A DNA stretch of 54,894 nt, taken from the IMG/VR virus record IMGVR_UViG_3300018049_000008; one strand, given 5' to 3'. Both the position numbers and the translations under genes were made by a program. Every line of letters starts with the position of its first letter. Position 1 is the stretch's first letter. Shown piece by piece: positions 27,051 to 35,644 of the stretch. This DNA is from an uncultured virus (IMG/VR IMGVR_UViG_3300018049_000008). Its lineage: Duplodnaviria > Heunggongvirae > Uroviricota > Caudoviricetes. The notes under the pieces are model-generated. The model saw only the letters and a program-made list of their open reading frames with translations, ran no database searches and was not told where the DNA came from.

Positions 27051-28048
27051 GTTTTTCTCCATGCTGTGAATAGTAATTTAGCTTCCAAACCACTAGAGAT
27101 ATTATACCTCAAAACGTCTTCTATTGACACCCCATTGAGGAACATATCGTTAATATCTTTTTCCTTTACTGTCTCAGGAAAAATTACTACTTCGTATCCT
27201 TTACTTATGATTTTCTCAATCTTGGCACATGTCTCTGGGCTACGAGGTTCATTATCAAATACAAAGATAGAATGTTCATTTGTCCATTCATATTTAATAC
27301 TACCACCTGCCATTGCAATGGAATTAGGAACAAACATGGAGTCGATTGGACCTTCGAAAATATAATGTGGTTTTGATCGATCACATGTATCTAGACCAAA
27401 TATTTTTGGTTGCTTCTCATCGATCATGATCGTAATATATCGTATACCTTCTTTACGAAACGATCGACCTTGATAACCAAATAGATTGCCATCGGCATCG
27501 ATAAACGGAATAATCAATCGAGGTTCATCCCATTCTGTATCAGGAAACTTACCGGGAAGTATTGTATTCGTCCATTCTTTAAATCGTGGACAATAAAATA
27601 GTTTTGCCTGATATGGTGTTGGAATTTTACGACGATCGATATATCGTTTTGCAGGATGGTTCCACTTGAGTTGTGATATCTTCTTCAGCTTCTTTAATGG
27701 TGTTGATTTAATAAAAGTAGGCGGTTTCATTTTATCAGCGAAGATCTCGACGTCTGTCTTTGGCCTATCACCTATCTTTTCAATTATTTTTTCTTTAATA
27801 AATTCTTGATGTACAATAGGATCGATTTGTTCAAGAAATTTCTCAAGGCCGAGTGTTACACCACAATTGAAACAATGAAACAAATACCCACCTTTATCTT
27901 TAGGAAAAAGATGACCGCGAGCTTTGTATTTTGATTTACGTGAGTCACCACAGATAGGACAACGGAAGTTATACTCGTTCTTCTTTGTTCTTTTGAAGAG
28001 CTCGAGTCTATTGGAAACTAATCCAATATATTTTTGTTCAAGCCACAT
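27047..28048 (-). CDS. gp61: DNA primase gp61
   Basis: FRCPICGDS...CFNCG zinc finger, QGR, EGPIDS, DNEPR, KDINDM. Confidence 0.96.
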   Translation of the reverse strand: MWLEQKYIGLVSNRLELFKRTKKNEYNFRCPICGDSRKSKYKARGHLFPKDKGGYLFHCFNCGVTLGLEKFLEQIDPIVHQEFIKEKIIEKIGDRPKTDVEIFADKMKPPTFIKSTPLKKLKKISQLKWNHPAKRYIDRRKIPTPYQAKLFYCPRFKEWTNTILPGKFPDTEWDEPRLIIPFIDADGNLFGYQGRSFRKEGIRYITIMIDEKQPKIFGLDTCDRSKPHYIFEGPIDSMFVPNSIAMAGGSIKYEWTNEHSIFVFDNEPRSPETCAKIEKIISKGYEVVIFPETVKEKDINDMFLNGVSIEDVLRYNISSGLEAKLLFTAWRKT

Positions 28049-28080
28049 AATATTATAAACTCTATTGTTGACACAATAGT

Positions 28081-28110
28081 ATTATACCGCCGAATGCTAC
28101 AAAAAGTAAA
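28081..28110 (-). promoter_or_regulatory. Promoter TTTACT-N18-TATAAT (primase)
   Basis: Shares TAGCATTTACTTTT with the uvsX promoter. Confidence 0.65.
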
Positions 28111-28112
28111 TG

Positions 28113-28406
28113 CTAAAGAAAGAAATAAGACCCCAACGTGCCTGCTACAGCAGTAGTAATGAGCCACATAAACTTCATCATTACTTCCTGCCGAGTGTGC
28201 ATTTGTTTGATGGTACCATCTAATTCATCAATCTTTTCTGAGTGTCTGTTGAGTCTGTCATAGGCAATATGTTGGTTCTTTTCCATGCCTATAAGTTTCT
28301 CTTCCGCGCGGGCCAAGGAAATCATAGCTTCTGATAGTTGATCAATTTTTGTTTCGATTCTGTCTAATCGTCGATTCTGATCATCGTGCTCAGGCGATGC
28401 CATCAT
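28113..28406 (-). CDS. Coiled-coil protein with C-terminal transmembrane helix
   Basis: RLDRIE.KID.L heptads followed by hydrophobic tail. Confidence 0.75.
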   Translation of the reverse strand: MMASPEHDDQNRRLDRIETKIDQLSEAMISLARAEEKLIGMEKNQHIAYDRLNRHSEKIDELDGTIKQMHTRQEVMMKFMWLITTAVAGTLGSYFFL

Positions 28407-28918
28407 TTATACTCCTTTGTAAGTCTTTTACGTTGACCGTTTACTTCAATATAGTTACGCGTCAACATTTTAGTTTTACGTTTACGTCTTGTAATACCGG
28501 GTTCACCATCCGGTCCAATGCCAATTCCTGCAATGGAACCTCCACCAGCAGACATAGTCGGAGCTTCTTCTATAAGTAGATCTACCTCAGTCATATAGAA
28601 GTCCAATCTTTCCTGCAATAAATCCATGTCATCTGGATCTATATTTTCTTCTTTTAGCAACAATAAAGCTGCAGCGAATGAAGCGATACGCGACTTGCCA
28701 AACGGAACTTTGGCAAGTAATTTTTTAAGGTTAGCAACCAATCGATCAAAATAACCCCATGATCTATCTTGTTCAGGCGTTCTTTGATCTTTTGGTATAA
28801 TTACCTGTCCATCTTTATTGATCATGCCTAATCTATAGGCATCCCATTTCTCAAACGGTGTTACGAGCCTCTTCAGGAAGCTGTATATAAGTGCTATGTC
28901 AATGACGCCTTTGGCCAT
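28403..28918 (-). CDS. Conserved T4-like hypothetical (probable virion) protein
   Basis: Y.FLK.LVTPFEKW.AY.LG.I...G; FDRLV.NLKKLL; EAPT. Confidence 0.75.
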   Translation of the reverse strand: MAKGVIDIALIYSFLKRLVTPFEKWDAYRLGMINKDGQVIIPKDQRTPEQDRSWGYFDRLVANLKKLLAKVPFGKSRIASFAAALLLLKEENIDPDDMDLLQERLDFYMTEVDLLIEEAPTMSAGGGSIAGIGIGPDGEPGITRRKRKTKMLTRNYIEVNGQRKRLTKEYK

Positions 28919-29307
28919 TATATCTTCCTTAGAATTGCAGCTATATCCAAATCAACAGAGATAAATTCTGATCTCACGTGATTACCTTCATATTCTAAAT
29001 CTTGCACCAAATCTGGCATATACTGTAAAAACAAAAGAAATGTTTTTAGTATTCTCCAGTGTCGTTCATCAATACGATAGAACAACATTCTTGTTGCGGC
29101 ATCTGGCTTAAATACATTATAAAGAGTGATGATATGATTTAATATCAATCTCTCTTTTAACTCACCTCGCTCTTGATATCGAGAAAACAGTCTTTTTAGA
29201 TATTTAAATCTTTTAAGATCGTCAAAAAATTCCTCGGTATCATAACAAGTATTCGTATAGTTTGCCGCTGCATATATTAAAAAGTTCTGCTCAGTCAATG
29301 GTGTCAT
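28918..29307 (-). CDS. Conserved T4-like hypothetical protein
   Basis: NF..YA...Y...C...EEF.DDLKRFKY.KRL...LKERLILNHII.LYNVF. Confidence 0.8.
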   Translation of the reverse strand: MTPLTEQNFLIYAAANYTNTCYDTEEFFDDLKRFKYLKRLFSRYQERGELKERLILNHIITLYNVFKPDAATRMLFYRIDERHWRILKTFLLFLQYMPDLVQDLEYEGNHVRSEFISVDLDIAAILRKI

Positions 29308-29318
29308 AATACAACTTA

Positions 29319-29336
29319 AGGGGGCCGAAGCCCCCT
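29319..29336 (-). terminator. UUCG hairpin after the structural gene (terminator-like, weak U tract)
   Basis: AGGGGGC-TTCG-GCCCCCT; core identical to 6887-6902. Confidence 0.7.
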
Positions 29337-29342
29337 ATTAAA

Positions 29343-30149
29343 TTAGACTACAGTCAGTGTCAGTGCGTCAGATGTAACATCGGCGCCACCGGTTACCGAT
29401 ACAACAGCTCGATACTTATAAGCATTCAAACCAGTTGAATCAGAAATCGATAGCGTATTTGTAGTTACGCCACTATATACACCTGCGTTCGCCAACGGAG
29501 CGAATGTTCCAGTGTTTGGATCTTCTTCCCATTGAATTGAAGTAGTTCCACCTGTTGGCGTAGTAGTTACTGCGGCTAATACGAAATCAACAGCTGCAGG
29601 TGCTGTAATGTCACCGGCAGGATCTTGACTAGTTGATAGTGCATTGATTACGAAATCAGGGATTTCAGTATCATCAGTAGCATCACCAGCAATAGAGCTC
29701 ATAGCAACCAAAGTTTCTACGTGAACTCGACCGGCGCGACCGCCTGTACCTTCGACACGGCGTACCCAACCAGCGTGAGCACCACGAGTACCGTTAGCAC
29801 GTGCAGCAGCTTGCTCACCAGTATCGACACCGAATACCAACTCAGGATCGCCATGAGTTGATGTTGCAGTTTCAGCAGTAGTTACTGACTTAGGCTTTTC
29901 GTTAAGTGAATAGTTAGCACCTGCTGTCACTGCGGTAAGAGTGGCACCGGGCACACCAGCGACTACAGTGGCATTTGTATTATCAGCAATAGCAGTGATA
30001 AGATAATGCTCTCCGGTAGCATCAGCTACGATGTAATCGCCAACACGGGCCTCAGTTGTGAAGGCCGTGGTAGTTCCGGTGACAGCTCCAGCAGCATCGA
30101 TTGCAATCGTGCCAGTTGAAGTTTTATCGTCTTTGTTTCCCCACAACAT
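29343..30149 (-). CDS. Virion structural protein with C-terminal Ig-like domain (Hoc-like decoration candidate)
   Basis: Thr/Ala-rich; HAGWV...GGRAGRV..ETLVAM; QW...G.T..TL.I......Y.YR.VV...S....LTV. Confidence 0.7.
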   Translation of the reverse strand: MLWGNKDDKTSTGTIAIDAAGAVTGTTTAFTTEARVGDYIVADATGEHYLITAIADNTNATVVAGVPGATLTAVTAGANYSLNEKPKSVTTAETATSTHGDPELVFGVDTGEQAAARANGTRGAHAGWVRRVEGTGGRAGRVHVETLVAMSSIAGDATDDTEIPDFVINALSTSQDPAGDITAPAAVDFVLAAVTTTPTGGTTSIQWEEDPNTGTFAPLANAGVYSGVTTNTLSISDSTGLNAYKYRAVVSVTGGADVTSDALTLTVV

Positions 30150-30184
30150 GTGTTTTTCCTCTTAATTAGGTGGTTGTTAGTTAT

Positions 30185-31738
30185 TTATGATTTCTTTTTG
30201 TTACGCAATGAAACCAGATCCTTTCCATCGATGTCGCCATCTTTGTCAGTATCCATGTGCTTCTTTTGAGCAGGCGATAGTTCACCTTCTTTTACTCTCT
30301 TCTTATGGCCTCCACCACAAGATGACTCAAGGAATTGCTTCCAAGATTCCATACCCTCATTATATTTTTGTAGCTTCTTTTTAACACGAGGATTCTCAGA
30401 AAAATCGCCGCCTTTCTTCTTTGGTCGCATTTTATCAATTTTCTTTGCGGCACCAGTCATATTACCAGCCATACGACGTGCAGTTGATACTGCGTTTACT
30501 ATACCTTCATCGACATCCATAAAACTCTCCTTTAAACCGTTTCGTCGTAGAATTTGAATAACGCCATCGCGAGGATCTGTATCCATAGAGCGCAAGAATT
30601 TTTTAAAATCTCGCATTTTACCATCGCCTATTAATTGTGCAGCCATCAAGAAATCATCTTTATCGATACCGCCGTGTTTCTTGGCATATGTCTGCAAATC
30701 TTTCGCCACTTTCTTATGCTTAGCGCCTTCATCAACCTGCTCGACTTCTTCCATTCGCGATCTTACGTTACCAAAGGATTTGTTCTGAGAAGCAGACTTT
30801 TGTGCTTTCTGCTTTCGCTTTGTGGCAAGACGATCACGTGCTGCTTTGGCATCAGCATTAGAAATACGGAAACCACCAGTATCGTGTTTCTCTTTATCCT
30901 TTGACATGCCTTCATATCCTTCTAAATGAACATCAGTATGACCCATCTTTCGGAAGTGACCAACTGCTCCAAATGCTTTATCTTTATGTACTGCAGTCTT
31001 CATCTTTTGGCCGCCACGTGTCGTATAGTTTAGAGTCTGATGATCTTTGCTTTTTGACTTCTGCTCATCATCTTTCTTATGCCATGCTCGTTCTTCGTCC
31101 ATTCCTTTCTCCCGGCGGGCTGATAGATATGCAGCAATTGCCATTTTTTGTTTTTTCTTATCAGACTTACCTTTAAACTGAGGTGCATCTGAATCTTTAA
31201 AATCTTTAATATAATCGCCGGCGTCATGCTTAGATGGATCAAGTTTTTCATCAACGTGTCGCTTATCTGTTTCTGCACCCTTTATGCGCTGACGGAGATC
31301 CGTTTTAATTTTTGCATCGTTAGAACGTTCTACTGCATCGATAGACGAGGCTTTACGAAGTAGAGATCGAAGTTTCTTTTTAATTTCTGCAGGACTATCA
31401 GCATCCATATAGAAACGTGGCAATCCATCCACATCAACAGAATATTTGGCTTCTTTAAAAGATTTCATTTCTACAATCTCCCCAACTCCCTTAGTTGATA
31501 CCCATACTCTTCCACCTTTTTCTTGGTGCATATTGAGCATCTCTTCTTTTGTACCAGTTGCAATAACTTTTCTCTTTTTAACAAGAGCATAATGAGTATC
31601 ATCAGCATGCACAGTATCTTCGCCGACTTTAATGGTTTTATTTTTCTTTTGGCCCGGTGTCTTCTTCATATAGTCAGCGACGCCTTCAGGCTCGCCCCAC
31701 TTATGAAGTGGACCATCTGGATCATTCGGCTTCGCCAT
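30185..31738 (-). CDS. Lys/Glu-rich modular protein, probable internal head protein
   Basis: Charged modules separated by hydrophobic-x-E motifs; C-terminal EF-hand-like DTDKDGDIDGKD. Confidence 0.55.
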   Translation of the reverse strand: MAKPNDPDGPLHKWGEPEGVADYMKKTPGQKKNKTIKVGEDTVHADDTHYALVKKRKVIATGTKEEMLNMHQEKGGRVWVSTKGVGEIVEMKSFKEAKYSVDVDGLPRFYMDADSPAEIKKKLRSLLRKASSIDAVERSNDAKIKTDLRQRIKGAETDKRHVDEKLDPSKHDAGDYIKDFKDSDAPQFKGKSDKKKQKMAIAAYLSARREKGMDEERAWHKKDDEQKSKSKDHQTLNYTTRGGQKMKTAVHKDKAFGAVGHFRKMGHTDVHLEGYEGMSKDKEKHDTGGFRISNADAKAARDRLATKRKQKAQKSASQNKSFGNVRSRMEEVEQVDEGAKHKKVAKDLQTYAKKHGGIDKDDFLMAAQLIGDGKMRDFKKFLRSMDTDPRDGVIQILRRNGLKESFMDVDEGIVNAVSTARRMAGNMTGAAKKIDKMRPKKKGGDFSENPRVKKKLQKYNEGMESWKQFLESSCGGGHKKRVKEGELSPAQKKHMDTDKDGDIDGKDLVSLRNKKKS

Positions 31739-32006
31739 CTGATACTCCGCTAGCTCCCGGAATAATATCGTCCGGATTTACGTCTTCTGCACCGGTCAGA
31801 GGATCAGGTACTTCGACTGATCTATCTGCCAACGCAGCTTCTACCTCTGCAGGATCTGGTGTTTCTGCTTCGGCTTCGGGCGCAATCATATATTTTGCGA
31901 ATTGAGCTTCAAGATCTTGTCGATACAGATCTTGATTTTGCTTCATTACATCCATCACTGCGCTGTTTAAATTTGCCATCTTTTTAGTGTCTTCGATACT
32001 AGCCAT
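31722..32006 (-). CDS. Acidic hypothetical protein
   Basis: GAGGA RBS. Confidence 0.7.
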   Translation of the reverse strand: MASIEDTKKMANLNSAVMDVMKQNQDLYRQDLEAQFAKYMIAPEAEAETPDPAEVEAALADRSVEVPDPLTGAEDVNPDDIIPGASGVSDGEAE

Positions 32007-32016
32007 TATATAGTCC

Positions 32017-32844
32017 TCATGTTAAATCTTTATCGTGGTTTAAACCACCTTTCTTTTTCTTTGCAATAAACGCATTAACACGCGCATGACCCCATTGTTG
32101 TGGAGTAGTGCCTGGCCTATGACCAGTTTTCCATGCAGCGACGCCTCTATTGTAAACTTTACGAAGTGTAGAAGCTGAAATACCTGACTTCTCGGCCTTT
32201 TTAGCAAATCCACCTTCTTCTGCAACTATTTCTTCATTCATATCTACACCGGTTGCATGTGGCTTTAATTCGCGATGTAAACGGTCAGCATGTTGTCGAC
32301 TTTTTGCAGTAAATATTACACCCTTATCAGTAGAACCACCATATTTAATATGACCGGCTTTTTCATGTTTTCGCATAACATCACCAGCTTTCTTTTGCCT
32401 CTTATCTCCATCAAGATGATCTAGACGTACATGAAATTCAACCTCTTCATCCATCATCTTATCTACGTATTTAGTATATTTAGATTTTGGCATTTCTTTC
32501 TGACGGGCTGACTTATCGCCCGGTGCATCTTTATATGCCGATGCATCATTGTCTGCTTTTTTACCGTGCTTCTTAAAGTGTGCATCTCGTTTTGCTTTAG
32601 TCGATTTTTTCAAACCCTTATGGTATGCGGCAGGCTGTGTACCTTCGCGATCCTTGATATCCGGATCTTGTTTTGCTTCATTAGTAGGTTTTGATGCACG
32701 ATTGATTGCTTTAGTATCACGTATACGTGCACGATCCATCATGCGATCATGCTTAATTTTATCTTGTTTTTTTTCTCGACTAATACGTTGTTTAGCTTGG
32801 TCTTGACTAGCCGTACTTTCTATGAATTCTTTAAAACCTTTCAT
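32017..32844 (-). CDS. Basic modular protein with capsid-targeting-like N-terminus
   Basis: Start reassigned (TAATG overlap): MKGFKEFIE; C-terminal KVYNRG.AAW.TGHRPG.TPQQW..ARVN.F. Confidence 0.65.
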   Translation of the reverse strand: MKGFKEFIESTASQDQAKQRISREKKQDKIKHDRMMDRARIRDTKAINRASKPTNEAKQDPDIKDREGTQPAAYHKGLKKSTKAKRDAHFKKHGKKADNDASAYKDAPGDKSARQKEMPKSKYTKYVDKMMDEEVEFHVRLDHLDGDKRQKKAGDVMRKHEKAGHIKYGGSTDKGVIFTAKSRQHADRLHRELKPHATGVDMNEEIVAEEGGFAKKAEKSGISASTLRKVYNRGVAAWKTGHRPGTTPQQWGHARVNAFIAKKKKGGLNHDKDLT

Positions 32845-34226
32845 TAGCAATTCCACCTTCTCAGAGACATAGCCTTACGAGTCGGCCGGCCTTTTTCATC
32901 TTTCATTGGTCCTTTCATTCCGCTCATACGAGCGCAGAATGACTTACGTCGCTTGGCCGCTTTTCCATTAGGATCTAATTTACTTGGTGGTGTTGTCACT
33001 GCGGTCTTAACACCAGCTGCCTTCGCACCTTTTCGAGTCAAACCAGCACCATCTTCGGTTGGTCGCTTATGTCCTTTAGCGTCATCACCTCTTTTATTAG
33101 GCTTGTCATCTTCAATAATATTCGCAAGCTCAGAGTTGATCGCTTGGAATGTTTCTTGCTCACTGCCCCATTGACGATATGTTAAATATTTTTCTTTTAA
33201 CTCAGTTAAATCTACGCCATACTTTACACTTTTCTTTGCGAGATTCTGTTCTACTTTCATCGTAATATTTTCGTTCTGTATAACTTCATATACAGACTCA
33301 ATCACTGAGAGCATCTCATATGATTCATTTCGATTCGATCGAGCTTTCTTTACTCGCTCCATTTCTGCCTTTTTAACTTTTGGCAGCATACGCTTAGCTA
33401 AACGACCGATTAGCGCCTTTTTCTTTTCTAATTTTTTGTCAACTTGCATCCGGCCGGCCAGAGGTAAACTCTTATAGTTTTTGCCTTGTTGTCCTGCGAC
33501 TCGAGCTCGAATAAGTTCACGTGCTTTCTTTTGTGATCGGCGTTGAAGTTTATCAGGAGCAGCAATCTTATACTTTGCTCTGCGTCTACCTAACTTAATC
33601 TTAGACTTAATACGCTTCATCATAGCCTTACGCTTTAATCGTTGTTGAAGATTAAGAGCTTCATCGAGCGTGAGATCTTCTGTAATCCCAGCGGCCTCTC
33701 TAATTTTATCATACATTTCTTTTGCCTCTTTGCCCCGTTGCAATTTTGCTGGGAGTCCTTTCTTAAATTCTTCAAACTTACCTGACTGAGCAAGCCCACG
33801 CAATTTAGATGCACTCATGCCTGATACATCGTCAGCATCTGGATCGCGATCACCAGCAGACTGTACATCTAGTTTTTCGTAAGCATAATCTTTGCCATTA
33901 TATTTTTTAAGTAGAGTCTCGAATTCACCTACACGATCAGAACCACCAATGACGATGACTTCGTCGTATTGATTATCGAGTTCTTTTAATACTTCAATGA
34001 TTGTGCGTGCAGTTGTTCGCTTGACAATTTTACCAAATGCTTTTGTAGAAAATCGAACTTTATCGTCATACGAAAGTGGATTCTTTTTCTTGTCTTGCGA
34101 GTGTGACAAATATAGGGCAGGAGTCGCTCGCTCTTTACGAGCAACTGATTGGATCTTGTTAACAAGTTTTTGATGGCCAACGGTAGGCGGATTCATCCGA
34201 CCGAACGCCAGTACAATTTTTTTCAT
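32844..34226 (-). CDS. Cytidyltransferase-like (HIGH-family) nucleotidyltransferase with long basic C-terminal extension
   Basis: FGRMNPPTVGH, NPL, GSDR, MSASKLR; C-terminal RRKSFCARM.G...RRWNC module. Confidence 0.85.
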   Translation of the reverse strand: MKKIVLAFGRMNPPTVGHQKLVNKIQSVARKERATPALYLSHSQDKKKNPLSYDDKVRFSTKAFGKIVKRTTARTIIEVLKELDNQYDEVIVIGGSDRVGEFETLLKKYNGKDYAYEKLDVQSAGDRDPDADDVSGMSASKLRGLAQSGKFEEFKKGLPAKLQRGKEAKEMYDKIREAAGITEDLTLDEALNLQQRLKRKAMMKRIKSKIKLGRRRAKYKIAAPDKLQRRSQKKARELIRARVAGQQGKNYKSLPLAGRMQVDKKLEKKKALIGRLAKRMLPKVKKAEMERVKKARSNRNESYEMLSVIESVYEVIQNENITMKVEQNLAKKSVKYGVDLTELKEKYLTYRQWGSEQETFQAINSELANIIEDDKPNKRGDDAKGHKRPTEDGAGLTRKGAKAAGVKTAVTTPPSKLDPNGKAAKRRKSFCARMSGMKGPMKDEKGRPTRKAMSLRRWNC

Positions 34227-34260
34227 AGAGGATTGCCTTAGCCTAACTCTTGTTGTTAAA

Positions 34261-34968
34261 TTAATATTGTATATTTATAATTTCTTGAAACCCACGCGTC
34301 ATAGGTCCATTTGTAGCAGATGCCGTGTGCCATATTGTTGATTCTCTAATATATCCGACACCAACTATAGGATCCATCATGCATGTTTTTACTTGTGTGC
34401 CGCCGAAAGTATTTTGCATCCAATAGCAATCTATATATCCTTTAACACCTTTTTCTTTTATTTCTTCTAATAATATTTTGGCAGTCTCAGGATGAATAGC
34501 ATAACCATGCGCGCCATGAATAGTTTTTACTAATACTAATTGTGTAGAATGTTGACCATTAATAGATCTCAGATTCATTCTCCACGGTTCACGGAGTTTG
34601 TATCCCATACCTACAAAAAAACCTACAGGAATATCAACGGTATCATATCTTCGATTTACACAAAAATCATGTTCCATAATTGCAATGCATTCATTATGTT
34701 TAGCAGCATATTCCCATAAATGTATATGAGCAAGTGTAATGCATTCAGCCCCATCTTCTACCATATGATATTTTTCGTAATGAGGCAAATAATCAAATTT
34801 CTTTTCTATATCTAGATCTATTCTATTCCAAGCTTTCTGTGGATCAGATTCCCAATCTAAATATTCATATTTCATTTGAACTTCACCGACAGTTTTTGCA
34901 GTAAATGCACTATATTCTTTAGATATTTTACTGTCGTGTCGAACGATAAATGTCTTACTAATTCTCAT
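34261..34968 (-). CDS. Glycosyltransferase family 25-like protein
   Basis: C...H..LW.......IMEHD; GAHGY.I.P..AK.LL; ID. Confidence 0.7.
   Translation of the reverse strand: MRISKTFIVRHDSKISKEYSAFTAKTVGEVQMKYEYLDWESDPQKAWNRIDLDIEKKFDYLPHYEKYHMVEDGAECITLAHIHLWEYAAKHNECIAIMEHDFCVNRRYDTVDIPVGFFVGMGYKLREPWRMNLRSINGQHSTQLVLVKTIHGAHGYAIHPETAKILLEEIKEKGVKGYIDCYWMQNTFGGTQVKTCMMDPIVGVGYIRESTIWHTASATNGPMTRGFQEIINIQY
34272..34279 (-). promoter_or_regulatory. Late promoter TATAAATA
   Basis: Exact consensus upstream of the cytidyltransferase-like gene. Confidence 0.65.
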
Positions 34969-35644
34969 ATCTGTACATCTTCATTATGTCTTCACCTATA
35001 ATGCCTAAAACATTATTTTTTTCTTCAGTAGATAATTTTGTTTCTATGTTTCTATATCTATTTACATCATCTGCAGAAAAAGATGGTGACATACTTATTT
35101 TAGTCAGCTCACCGGTAAATGGTGTACATTCATCATTAAAATGTTCGCTAATTTTATTTAACCACAATTCTCTTGATACTAATAAATCTTCATATTTTAT
35201 ATGTAATATGTTTTGATAACGCATTTGTTCTTTCCAAAACAATGCATGATCATGATATATTTCTGCAAACATTTCTGATTTATGAGAAGCATTATATTTT
35301 TTAAATCTTCTCATGTCAACATTTTTTTTCTGTACACTTTCTATCCAAGTAAATGGATGTTTAGTAATTAGAATTGCATTGATAGATCTTAAACGATTTA
35401 TCCAATAGTCATATGTTTCTACTACATATGAACCATTACTTCTAAAATGAACTACTTTACCATCGTCGTTATATTTAACTCTGGCTTTTTGTGTTTTGAT
35501 ATCGTGTTGAATATCGAAAGCATGTTTCCAAACACCATTATGCTCATACGCCAATAAAAGATTTGTGTCTTTAAAAGATTTTTTAATAAGAGTTTCTAAA
35601 AAATTAGTGCCACTTCTTTGTAAACCAAATACGGTATAATCCAC
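34958..35644 (-). CDS. Sulfotransferase-like protein
   Basis: G.QRSGTNFL PAPS-binding loop, WKH, KHP..W..S, KYEDL. Confidence 0.75.
   Translation of the reverse strand: MDYTVFGLQRSGTNFLETLIKKSFKDTNLLLAYEHNGVWKHAFDIQHDIKTQKARVKYNDDGKVVHFRSNGSYVVETYDYWINRLRSINAILITKHPFTWIESVQKKNVDMRRFKKYNASHKSEMFAEIYHDHALFWKEQMRYQNILHIKYEDLLVSRELWLNKISEHFNDECTPFTGELTKISMSPSFSADDVNRYRNIETKLSTEEKNNVLGIIGEDIMKMYRYEN

Noticed and set aside
28113..28406. Holin assignment
   Set aside because: Topology is compatible but there is no endolysin nearby and no diagnostic motif
34227..34260. Possible riboswitch in the cytidyltransferase-like leader (AGAGTTAGGCTAAGGCAATCCTCT)
   Set aside because: Only a weak 4-bp closing stem; TAAGG is adequately explained as the RBS; too short for a known aptamer
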